Shown here piece by piece: positions 33,101-46,808 of a stretch of DNA of 64,000 nucleotides (positions are counted from its first letter, which is position 1; each line of letters starts with the position of its first letter). The DNA is from Magallana gigas (taxonomy: Eukaryota). A program made the translations under genes and the position numbers. Under the pieces are notes generated by a model. It did no database searches. It was not told the DNA's origin and saw nothing but the letters and a program-made list of their open reading frames with translations. The DNA lies in contig NC_088860.1 of NCBI RefSeq assembly GCF_963853765.1, positions 37,076,001 through 37,140,000 of the forward strand, given 5' to 3'.

Positions 33101-35572
33101 TTGATGTACCACCCTCTTGCAGGGCAAATTAATTTAATTGGCAATCGAAGTTTTAGTAGGTAGATTATTAATTGACGTAAGTAAACCAATTGAAGTTACG
33201 TCATATTTCACCAAAGTATATAATTTTGCCCTGCCAAAACCTCTCCTGTATTGACTCTGTGCACTACTGACCAGATGCATATATGGAAACCTTTCAACAA
33301 GTTTTGCATGCAACGCCAAATGACTCTAAGAGATAACTAATTTGGGTGAAAATAATTTAATTGTCTTTCGAAGTAAGAGAAGGTATCCTATTATTTATGC
33401 AATAGGTTATAATACAATTATCAAGAAAAAGAGTTTCTACAATGGAAAAAGAATACGGTATAAGGAAACTTTTTTTTATTTTAGCAATGATATTTTACAA
33501 AATGAAATGAAAAACACGGATCATTCGTCTACTCAATTTGTAACGCATTTGTTTTAGATGATTTTTCTTTGTTTTTATAAATAATTTGAAAAGAAAAATT
33601 CCTTTCTTCAACAAACTACTTAAGGGTTCATGATTCTCAGACATTTATACTTTCAATTATATCAGTGCACTAGCTAGATAAATTGTAGCCCGTTACCCAT
33701 ATTCGAGTGCGAGAATATCACAAACAATTGTGGAATCATAAGAATTCGTGGTGGCTTCATTTTCGTGGGATTCGTTGGTATCTCACATCCACGAATTAAC
33801 ACCATCCACGAATTAATAAATTATAATTATAAAAAACTCATATTTTCTTTTAAGATAAAAGATAAAACACCAAATTACACCTCGACGAACCTGTAGAATT
33901 GAAGCAATCCATGATAATTGCCCCCACAAATTTTGATTATTCCCAGAGATATAAATAACACAGATTGGAAACTGATCGAAATCTTGCGAGATCTCGCGGT
34001 TCTAATGTAAAGTATTCCGGATCCCAGTTTAAATCAGTATATCTTTCTAAGAAACAATTACATCAAAATATAAACAGCTAAAACCTATCACAAAGATTTT
34101 CAAAATGTTATTTTTTCATGAGTTAATTTCTTATAAACAATATCAAAAGAGGGGTTTTAGGAGGCAGTTGGCTACCCGTCGTTCGAGATTTCGCCAATGT
34201 TTTATAGCTGGCCAATATATTTTGTATTTATTTATCTTATTTTTCAATTTTTTGTTTCAAAAACGTCTAAAATTTATGCACATTTTTCATAAAAACAATA
34301 TACTTTTGGTTTAAGATCATTTTCTCAGTTTGCTAATATGTAGTTCTCAAAGTAAGGTTGGTCCCGTAACATTTTCTCAACAACAAAACAGGCTAATGCC
34401 GGAGTTACCAATCTCTGTACCAATCTCTGTTATTTATGTCTCTTATTATTCCATAGTATTGATTTATTCTACCCCGGAGAATTAAAAAAATGAACTGTAA
34501 ATATGTCATAATAAGTTTTAAAATCAAAGTTATCAAAGTATCAAACTATAGAATTTTGTTTCACTATAATGTGCATATCAGTCATTACAAAACCAGTCAA
34601 CATTCGCCTCGTTATGTTTGTTCTTAAGACATCAATTTAGTTGTCCTAAATAAAGGGCATAACCTGAGAATCGCCCAGGTATCAAATATAGTAAAAGATT
34701 CTTATATAAGAACTTAGTCTAAAAATGCATTGGGATGTCGGCTACTCACACCTACGAAAGACTTGCGATGGATTTTCAGCGGGTAAATTTATATTAATGA
34801 AAAAAAATAGATATTGAAGACTCGATACATGTTTTATATTACTACAATACATCTATAACATTTAACCTTTTCTTATATATAAAACTTCAGTCTATAATAA
34901 TTGTTAATGATTATGCATCTTCGGTGTAAGTACATGTTCCATTGTATAACCATATACAAAGCATAATGATATAAATTCTCAAGAAATGAATTATCATTGT
35001 GTATTTTATAAGCAACGGGGAGTTGAAACAAAAACGTGAAGACAAACTGAGAGACAAGATACGCGATGCCTACGGGGGAAGGTGGAACAAAGATGAGATT
35101 GAAATGAACATAGATAAACATCTTACCAATGTCATGGAATGCATGAAGTACAGAAACTTGGTACGTTTATTTCAATTTTGATGGACTAAACAGCAATAGT
35201 GATGTGAAATGTTATTTTCAAATGCAAGAATTCACTCAATGTTTGATCAATATATTATTGGTAATGTCATTGTTATTCCAGATTTTACAAAAAATATACT
35301 CTGTACATAATATTGAATAACGAATAACTTTCCTATAACCACTATCATGAAATGTAATAACAGTTTATCGTAATGTAATATATATATATATAACAATACT
35401 CATAATCCAAAATGAGTGAAAGGTGATATCACACAGTATAAATAATCAAAAAAGAAAAAGAAAATGAACAGTTCCAAAGTTTCTATTCACTAAGTTACGT
35501 CCTTGGAACAATCTGCGATCATTGACCCCACAGATAAAAGTTTGGAACTGTTCATTTTCTTTTTCTTTTTTG

Positions 35573-35644
<72 letters not shown>

Positions 35645-38600
35645 ACTCATTACCTGAAACAAAACGTTTGGGGAAAAAAAGTCTTCACAATATGTGCTAT
35701 GTGCTATCTATCTTAAATCAATAAATCTATAGATAACTGATATTTTTTTATTCATTGACAGATAAATATCTTTCCAATGAACAAACATGAAGACCTAGAT
35801 ATTGCTATTCTTACAGCATTATTGAATTGTAAGTAACATCATTGTATTAACGTTGATTTGTTCTATGAAACTAGCATGTTTTGATTTTCCTGTCTCATTT
35901 ATAAAATAGTCTCTTTAGTTCAAATTCTATCCATTAGATAAGAAACACCGCTGAATGGTACAAAAGTCATGTTTATGAAGTATCACTACAATTAAAATGA
36001 CATTAATTAAACACACTGTTGTCTGAAGTCTTTATACTTTAGATTCTTTATGCCTTTCACGAGTTAGCGCAAACAGAAACAATGCAACTTAGCATGAGTG
36101 CAGTATGGTATATCGCTATAATGCTAAAGGTGTTAACATCATTTGAAAATTAGTTTTATATTTATAACTGTTTAGTATGTAATTCATAAACCAATGATTT
36201 CATATGATTTCCCAAGAATGCAAAATTAAAATACTATGAGCTGAAACGGTGAACTTATCATCAGTGCATATTAATTGATCAACTTAGCATAATCAAGATA
36301 CATTCAAAATGGAGTTTATGTAGTCTGCCGTGTAAAAAATTATAAAATAGACCACATGTTGTCTAATTTTCAGATGAGTAGACTTAAAATCCAGTTAAAT
36401 GACAAATAACGGCAGGCAGAAAGAAATATTGTGAAATCATAATTGTTGGTTGGGGACGAACATTCGTTGCTTTCGTGGGTAAAATATATACAAGCATTTC
36501 TTTAAGTTTTATTAAACAATGCAGAGATTGCTACCCTCAAAGTTACGTCCTTGGAACAATCTGCGATCATTGACCCCACAGATAAAAGTGATTCCACAGT
36601 ATTGGCTTATAGCCGTTTGTACAATACATATTTTTGATATAATCATATCATTTAAGCTGAGGGCGCAGAGAATTCCGATGAAATCCGGAAAAACCAGCTG
36701 AAGCTAGCATTAACCTGGGACAGAGCCGATATAGCTCAGGAGGAGATTTTTAGGGAAGATGTGTTTTGGCCCAAAGGTAAAAAAGATCACAGGTTCTTCT
36801 TTATCAGAGTATAAAAATTATATCCCAATTAAATTTTGTCATTCTATTTTTTAGAAAGTCTGGAAGAAATTTTGATGGAAGCCATCATTGAAGAGAAAGT
36901 GGAGTTTGTTGCTATGATATTACAGCAAACTGTAGTGATGAAGGAGTTTCTTACAAGAAAAAGGTTACAAACACTTTACGAAAAGGTCAGTTAAAGATAT
37001 ATAAATCAGAAAAAAATATTTATTTTTTGGTTTAATAAAAAGAACTTGTATGGATTTCATATGAGTTTACCCCTGTGAATCAATATACATTTATACCTGA
37101 TTCACATGTAATCCTTGAAGGAAAATAACATTTAAGGTCCCTCGACACACTAAAATTGTATTTTATTTGATGGGTCGATAAAGAATATTTTTGGGATTAT
37201 GATTTTACCAAACAAAGACCAATAACGCTTTCAATTATTTTATATGAAATATAAATATATGAAATATTATGGTTCCTGTTAATTGTTTGAAAAAAAATAT
37301 GATGATGTGACAATAAAAAAGAAATCTTATAGATTTGAATTCTTTTTATATCACCCGTAAGTGAATTCTTATTTTTAGTAATTCCAAATACCGTATATCA
37401 GGTTTTTCCGCGTCATGTTTTTTCCGCGGATCAGAGCCTAGAACGGTATATAGAATTTACACGAATCAAATTTTCACTATTTCAAAGTCACATTGTAAAT
37501 ATATGTGGAATTTACAATTGTTTAATCCTGTGAGGTAAGAGGGGAAAAGTATCTAAATTATCGCTCTTTGTAATGAAAATTTGGAAATGAAACCATTTAC
37601 ACGATTTCCTTAATGTGAAATAATAACCGGTAAATATTTTCAGAGACTCAAACAGTCATAAATTAATAGATCATGTATTGTTACATATACCAGTAGCTCA
37701 GGTCTAATTAGACATGGGTTTACCCAAGGAAAGCGACCGTTCAATTATAGCTTGTCAATGTATTATTTCATAAACAACGAGGCTTATACAAATCTATTAT
37801 CTGGCGCTTGTCCTCCGATCCTGCAATTTGTACCTGTAACTAAACTAACTGAACATAGCTCATCGCACTTTTACTTACCTGGTTACTTTATCAGAAAGGA
37901 GAGAACTCTATTACAAGAACAAACTTTGTATCAAATTTACGCTGATTTATTTTCTGCGATTCGGAAATCGTCGCTAACAAAGCGGAAATTGGATACACGC
38001 GCAAAAAAACCTGATATACGGTATGACGAAAAATGACAGAATATGATAAATTTATATATTTAAGACCGATAATTAAGATACACAGAGTATCTGTTTGCCT
38101 TATTTCAAGATTTAACTCCAATAAGTACGTCTGGGTTTTTAATTTTTTCCAGTCATTGAGTCGAACGGATGCTGACCACCTGAAGGAATTAATGAAAGAT
38201 AAGATTCACAGATCAACGTTTTCATACGACGATTTGAAACGCCTAATGGAGTATCTGATGTACAAATACGACCACAATTTTGAAGAAAGCAAAACTGCTG
38301 ATAATGCAACAGGGAGAAAATACTCCTTAGACTTGAAACAGCAGTTGTTTAAGTATCCATACAAACAGCTGATGATTTGGTCCATCCTCATGTTAAGGTA
38401 GACAAATTTTTTTTATATATTTATTTTAATTTGTTGTCAAAATCCATTAAAAAACCAGAAGTGTGACGATCAATTACGCTGTCAATAAACTATTTAAATA
38501 ATTCTGTCATGTGTGATAATAATTTTAAGACAATTACTATGGCAACTATTTTTTAACCATATAGCTCGGGTATACCTAAGACAAAATAACTATAGGATTG

Positions 38601-41600
38601 CTTTGAATTATGAGATATGCTTATTAATTGGTGGCCTTCGATCATTCTATCTGACCTGACCATGATGAGTTTTTTTTATAGTAGATAAGATTTCAAAAGG
38701 CAATCAACTTATTATTTCATAATGAGTTTGAAGTGAATATCAATTAAATTCAACGTGGGTAAGGTTATACATAAATAGGATTGTGGAATCTATTTGAATT
38801 CAAATTTCAAAAATCAGATTCTACTATACTGGTTTAAGAAATAAACTTGTAAATTATATAAATTCATTGTGGCTTATTTACGCAACATACAGATACACAT
38901 AAATCTACTTATAATTTTAACTCACCCGAGGAAAATGCCAGAAGTAGCATCACAAATTACTTGATTATAATAAATAGCATGATAAATAAGCCTTACATGT
39001 ACATAAAAAAATAGGCGAAAAATGAACAATTTTGGTATAAAAAGTATATTTTCAAAAATTTAATTTAGTAAATGTGAACAAAAGCCATAGACGGCTTTGA
39101 ACTCGTGATTTGTGGTTCACAAGTTCGATACTTTAATCCCTGAGCTATTATGATATTTAACCATATTTGTCCATATTTAACCATATTTGATTTTGAGACG
39201 GGGTCACGTGACCCCGTCTATCGCTTTACTGTCAGCCGAAGTCTCAAACCGGAAGGCACGCGTAGAACACATGAATTGAGTCTACGCGTAAGAAAATAGT
39301 GCAGAAAGTTTTCATGTATTTCAGTAAATGTGTATTATAAAAACACGCATTAAATCTTTTTAAGCCTCTGTGTATAAACAATATTCTATTTAGAAAATAA
39401 ACAAATAGTTTCATTGATCAAAATATTCTTGCTCGGGTAAAATGTGGAATGAGTTACGTAACTGAATGCACAGCGCCATTGACGATTCAGTTGGTGTACG
39501 AGCTCATTTATCAATAGAAGAGGTTGATGGTGGAATCGAAATTAAAGTTCCCAAACGCAATGTGCCATTTTTGATAAGGTTGTGAATTTTATTTTGACAA
39601 TCTTTCACCTTAATACTACCAAACTTCATGAGCAAGCCGAAGTTAAAATCGAGACAGGTTATACACAGATGTTTTACAAATTAAATAACTAGGTGTTTCA
39701 TTGGCTTCCAGTCTACTTGCGGTATGATTGCTGTTCTTCTCTAAAGAAATTTTGTACAAAGAAAATAAAAACATGTCTGAATTTGCCTTCTCGTTCGTTG
39801 GCTCTTTAGTTGATTAAACTGAATTTAACTCTTAAACAATGCATTGTAAGCAAAATCTATAATACATTATACATTTTGGAAGACCTATACATCATATAAT
39901 ATATACAATCTTATCGATTTAAGAACCAAGATAAATGTTAATGTTTATGTTTTCCGGCTTAGTTGGAATCAGGCTCGGGGTGAATTACATTGTAAAAGAA
40001 TGCATTACATTACCATTACTTCATGAATTAGGGCATTAAATTACCATTACTTAATTTTCTTGAAGTAATGCATTACATTACCATTACATGAGTAAAGTAA
40101 TACATTACCATTACTTTTTGAAAAGTCAATAAGTTTTAAAAAAGTAATTTAAAAACTAAATAAAGAGTTTTTGTAAATATTTCATAATTATAACATGCTT
40201 AAAATATTTACAGGTTCATGTTCACTATCAGGTTCAAATTTAATGACTTATACAAGATTGCTGTTGCACTTGTAGTTATCAAAATAAGGCTGGTCCCGTA
40301 ACATTTACACGCTAATGGCGGAGTATGATGTTTAATGAAAGGAACGGTTGTATCGTACTTCGTGTAGGTGATGCACGAGTTTACACAGAAAAGTAGTAAG
40401 TGGCGAACGGATTGATTTTTACCTAATCATTTTGTATGAATCGCAAATGAAGAAAATCGTGTCAGATAAGTCGGTCTTAAAAATCAAAATGGCGACCGTG
40501 ACAAATCTTTTTATTGTCAAAGTTCTTGGAATCTTATTGTAAAAAAAACATTTCTAACGTTAGGTGCCTGTGTTTGCTATCGGTATACAAATGTTCACTT
40601 TGTTTGTTAATTCAGCAGTTTTAGAGTTTTCGGGGTTTTCATAAAACTTTTATTACGGATACCGTCTGACTTATGGATTTTCCCTTGGATCACAAAATTG
40701 AATAAATCTAATGATTAAAATTATCTACTTTGATATCGTTGTTTGATTTTCCCGGTCAGTAGTAATTTTTAAAATTTTTCCTTGGGGGTCTTATTTTACA
40801 TAATATACCGTTGTGTCAATTTTCTACAATTATGAAGGCCGGGATTGAGTAAAATTTAGACAAAGTATCAGACAATTGAAAAAAAAGCCTAATTAACATA
40901 GATTGTAACAACTTATTCAAACTCATAAATTTTGGAAGCATATTCGAGGAAATCCAGGACAATTACAAATTCAAACTTTCAAGACCCCGTCTTTCAGTAA
41001 TCTCATTACTTTAATTTACTTTTATATCTTTATCAATCCAGTATTTTTTTAGACAAAAGATGGCAAAGTTTGCCTGGCAGATGGGGAGTGAGCCAATTAC
41101 CAGTGCAGTGGCCGCCTCTAAAATTTATGGCAGCATGGCTCAGAATTTTCATGGGAACGAATCCGCTTTGAAAGAAAAAGTGCTTGGTTTTAAAGAGTGA
41201 GTCCTTAAATTAAAGATCTATAAACAAGTTTTGATAAATACGATATTACAAAAGATGAGTTTAATTTCACCATTTAGTACTATCCTGCACAGATAGGTAT
41301 TAATTAAACTGCTGCAACGGTTGCATTACACTTTTGTCTGTTCCAGATTATATTCTATATTCTAATTTATTATTATGGATAGATAAAATCGCAATATATA
41401 AATCTATTCTATTCAATTTGTTCCAAAAATTCTCATTAAACTCTTATTAAAAGAAAACATAACATTGTTTAGTCTGTGTTAAATTAGGTTATAAAATATT
41501 GAAAAACTTATTTAATATATATAGGATCAAAATTTACTTAAGTTCAATTTGCACTCGTACGTTCTCAATAAAAACACAAAAAGCAAAATAGTACCGATTC

Positions 41601-43153
41601 AATGATGATGTTCCAGAAACAAGACATGTTACTCTAAATATAGTTCAATAATACACCCACTGATATGAAATGTCAAAAACATCGAAGTGTAAAGCACAGA
41701 ATAATTTTATCATTTTCAGTAGATTGGGTATCAAATACTTTGGATTCTTTAAAGTAGGCATCAGTTTTCGTAAATTGAAAACAGTTTCAAGGATAAGCAA
41801 ACGTTTTTGAATTGATCATAAAAATGTTTGTTTTTGTTTTATATGCACTTTCATCATCAACTCAACAACCAGTGAAAGTATTATTCAACAAGTATATGTG
41901 TTGGTGATAACTCAGTAAATTCTGTTTCACAGTGAGTTTGAGCACCTGGCAAGAAGTGTTCTTGACGAGTGTCATGCAAAACAAAAGGACAAGGCGATGA
42001 TGCTGGCCGAGAGGAAATCTCCAACCTGGAGTTCAATGACCAGTCTACAGATAGCAGCCTCCGCAAAGAATATGGTACGTTACATCTAATATTTGTAGAA
42101 CAGTCAACTAGAACAATGAAACAAGAGCAGCTTTGCTAACACTTATAACATACACCAGGTCATATCATAGGTGATTATTTTTATGGACAAATGTTGAATG
42201 TATGAAGCATTCAATGCAATCTGTTCAATTGTTATTACTTGTGAATTTATCAAATCAATTCCATTATACGTAATAAGTATTCAGAGGAATAAAGCATTCT
42301 TTCATTTCAAAATCTGAGAAAAGCATATACCAACCAATAAGCAAAACATAAAAATACAGAAGGCAGGACAAAATAAGTCTTATATTATTCTATGTTGATT
42401 TTATAAGTATCAGTAATTATACTTCTTTTGTTTTAAAGGTTTATCTCTCATCTGCAGCTTGTCGAAATTCGATCGACGCAACATGGCATCAGGGGATTTT
42501 ATCTCGATGGAAGAGGGTATACCAATTAATCGCTGAAATCACAGTTACCTTGTTTAACCAATAACCATTCATAGATAAAATTTATCGATAACATTTTCTA
42601 TATTTATTTTATCATCATAGATTGTATTGTGAATTTATTCCATTAGATTTGAAGTTTCAGAAACGTATAGGAGCTAGAAATAAGACTGTTTATCAAGTTG
42701 GTATTACAACTTAATGCGCTAAAGATTGATCTTAATATATAATGTAGTAGTTTTTAAGAATAATTTTAACTTTTTGATTGCTAAAAAAGCAAACCAGTTA
42801 GTTAAAATGGAATAACTAAGTATATATCATATATACATAATTCGACTTGTCAGTTTCTAATCTTTGTAGGTCTTAGTAACTGTGATTTTCCCTTTTTTCC
42901 TGTGGACAAACTTTCTTCAAGTTGATTCAATGGGGGAGAAGGAAGCTAAGACTTTTCAAAAAATCCTTACGTTTTACACAGCACCAGTTACAAAATTCAT
43001 CCATTACTCGGTAAGTCTAGCGCGGGAATGTTTAGATCTTCAGATATTATATGATATGGTATTATAAATTAAGGACTGGGGTATTTGGAAGTCGGGCTTT
43101 TTTATATGCGGTTGTGCATATTGTGTAGAAATAAGATTGTCAAACATCTCTCT

Positions 43154-43214
<61 letters not shown>

Positions 43215-46200
43215 AAAAGGTGAGGAAATATATTTCTATTTCAATGTATATATACAGTGTACAAGGTTATTTGCATCTACAATACATCAACTGTATTTTT
43301 GGTTTTAGTGCAAAATGCATTTGGTATTGGCAAACGGTCAAAGTGTGACTTATTTTTATAACCTATCTGTCTACCCAAAAAATAACTTTTGAGTGTTTAC
43401 CCTGATAAATAGAATAATTTGAAAATTACGAAATAAAATAGTTTCCAACATTTCATAACTGATATGTCTTTTTGTCAATAGCAAAGTTAAAATAAGACAA
43501 CAGCGAATTTAAAAAAAACAATTATTCTTGACAAAGTGTCAATATTAAATTTGTATTTTTCTGAGGGTGTTTTATATGATTTGCATTTTTTGTGACTGAG
43601 ACTTTTTTGCAGATAGTTTTTTTAAACACTTAACGAGGCCGAGTACAGAACGAGTACGCACGCTTTCGCGCAGCGTTTCATTTGTATTGTGACGTCATCT
43701 TTTTGCTTTGTTGACGCCATGGCGTGGTAGTTTCAACTGCAGATATTCAGCGAAATTTGTTGAAAATAACTTGTTTGATGCGTAAAATTGATATTATATT
43801 GTGGAATAAACATAAATGTCTCGAAGTATAAGCTATATTTGGGCTCGAGTCGAAAATGTGAAGAGGGTTCAGCAAGTCTAGCCTTTTGTCACGTTTTCTT
43901 AACCCGCCTAAATATAGCTTAAATCATATTTCAAAACAGTAACCATGTATTTTTTATTAATGACCCTTAATATGTGATGTTATATATTTATTTATTACTT
44001 AAATATGTCTGAATGTTTTAATAATACTATAAAGGTCACCATATCCGCCTTTGTCAAATAAAAAATAGCCATTATCTGACAAACTAGGAAACTGGGCATA
44101 CAAAAAAAACAACTTTGATAAGACCCCTGGAACAAACCAGGAGGTAAAAGGTTTTTTTTATTAGACCATTTGATGCCTTTCAGCAATAACTTTAATATGT
44201 AGAACAGAAAAAGAAATCCCTAGGGCAGAAGTTTAAAAAAATTGTAAAAAATGTGCAAAATTGATCAAAATCCCATAGGGTCCTATGTTAAAAATTAACA
44301 CACTTTGATATGACCCCTTAAACAAACGGTGTGGTAAATGTCTTATTTTTCTATCTTAAAATAATAATTATATCAGTAGAAATTCATATAAAAAATTTCA
44401 TTCAAAAATCTAGGGCAGAACAAATTAGACCCGGCCTCGTTAAATTGATCAAACTGATCAATAAGGAAAGACCCAGAGCCGTTGAAATGTTGGTGTCTGC
44501 AATGTTTCTGAAACAGTTTAACTAACTCTAAAATTGTTTATATGGGTTTTGTGTTCTCTGCATTGTTTTAAATACTTAGCAATACAAAGGAGACGTTATT
44601 TTGATATATTTTTTCTTCTGTTAGAGTAACTTTCTTGCCATCGTCAAAGATTTTCGTCCATCTCTGTTTGGTCATTTTGTGTCACCTGTAGTCTAGAAAG
44701 TCTGCATCATATAATAATTCTACTCTTATATTCATATTTATCAGTGCCAAACAAACAATATTGAAAGAACATAACATATTAACATAGATTACTTAGGGAC
44801 CATGTTTTTTCGCGAATGGTTTTCAAGAAGAACATTTTTCATAATTTAAGAGTTTAATAGTACTGTTACTTTAGCATACTATTTTTTGATGCAGACTAGA
44901 TTTCCAGATATTTCGTGGATTAAGATAACTTTTTCGTGTTCCGATAAACATATTTGAACAATTTTTGAATATATTTCTATAGACATATTTTGGCATATTA
45001 GACTTACATTTCATAAAAGTCAAGAAAAATGGTAAGTTAAAACCAGCTTATTTCATGCCATATCTTAATTACAGTCATAATTTGAGTACTCCAATATTTG
45101 TGACAATCTTAACAATCTATTCCCATGTTAATTATATCTAGGCATTTGAAGCAACCACTTGATATTCACTATATGTTTTCAAATTTATACTGAATTAAAA
45201 TCATTAAAGATTCAAGAAGAGTGGGTTGGCTGGTTGAGNNNNNNNNNNNNNNNNNNNNNNNNNNNNNNNNNNNNNNNNNNNNNNNNNNNNNNNNNNNNNN
45301 NNNNNNNNNNNNNNNNNNNNNNNNNNNNNNNNNNNNNNNNNNNNNNNNNNNNNNNNNNNNNNNNNNNNNNTCAGAGCCTTTCATGACAACTTTATTTTTA
45401 TTGTTTACACACTCTTTACATGTTTTCTTTATGATCTGCTTACAGTATTATTCATTGTTTTACAGATCCTGTACATTTTCTTTGTGGGTCTGTTTACATA
45501 CTTTCTATTAGTGGACTATCAACCAGACAAAATCACAACAATCGAGGTTATCTGTATTTTCTGGATAATAACATTCATTGTAGATGAGCTTTACACAGTA
45601 AGTTGACATAATTTTCCCGCTATATGCATTTTAATGCAGATACATGTACCTATGCAGATTAATGTGAATGCTACACAGAAAAATCATGAATCTTTGAAAT
45701 GCAGACACTGAAACGCATTACTACACCAAGTGTGTATTTCAAGCACGCTTCTCACGCTATAGAGTTTGAACGATACGAGTTTCTTGCACGGTACGATACG
45801 CTTCTTGTATGATACGATACGTTTTTCATGCACTTTCCATTCAGTTTGTTATTTTTTTTCTAATATGAATTATAATATCTGTTTCGTTCTGTTTACTGCA
45901 AAAATTACAATGTTTTACACAAGTATAACAAGAAATTATAGCGATAAGGGGGTCATGTTTCCATTTAGGTCACTTTTTTCACATTGAGTTTGCTCATTTT
46001 ACTGCAAATGACACTCATTCTTCAGGGGAAAAAAGTCATTTTTCAACGTGAAATAAAAACCAGGGACTTCCTGGTTTATAAATTATAAATAACACTAATA
46101 CATTATTAATATGACTTGATACATTTATACAGTTTTTCTTTACATGCGTATCGAAAGTACTCTTCGCCTACTAAGAGTAAAGTTTATTTATTCCTTATTA

Positions 46201-46258
46201 TTTCGGAAATCAACATAACGGTGCGATGTTTTATTTACTATGCTTACTGCAAGTTCCT

Positions 46259-46345
<87 letters not shown>

Positions 46346-46729
46346 AGCACGAGTTTTAATCACATCAAATCATTGAATTATTCAGCTTCTGGCGTTTCCA
46401 TTCCCGACCTTTCGTGTAAAGATGAGAAACTGGTATGGAAAGTTAAAATCTATCGACCTGTTGAATCTCTTGTTAGCCGTAATAGCATTTTTTGTCCAAA
46501 TAATTACCTTGCATACGAACAAGAATGCGAGTGATGTCAGGATTGTATTCTCCATCAACTGCATCATTTTTTATTTACGGATCATGAAGCTCTACACGGC
46601 TAACAGCCGAATTGGACCCAAGCTTGAGATGATCAAAATGATGGTGAGTTGGAGTACACTCAATTGCTCTGAAATGCTACGAATTTGTATATGTTTTTAT
46701 TGTGTCCCTGCTTAAATGTTTCTTCATTG

Positions 46730-46808
<79 letters not shown>

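Noticed and set aside
35446-35724. (YI)n and (SL)n ORFs here and at 43085, 46116, 46226, 46677, 60867, 60925
   Set aside because: Translations of (TA)n and (CT)n microsatellites.
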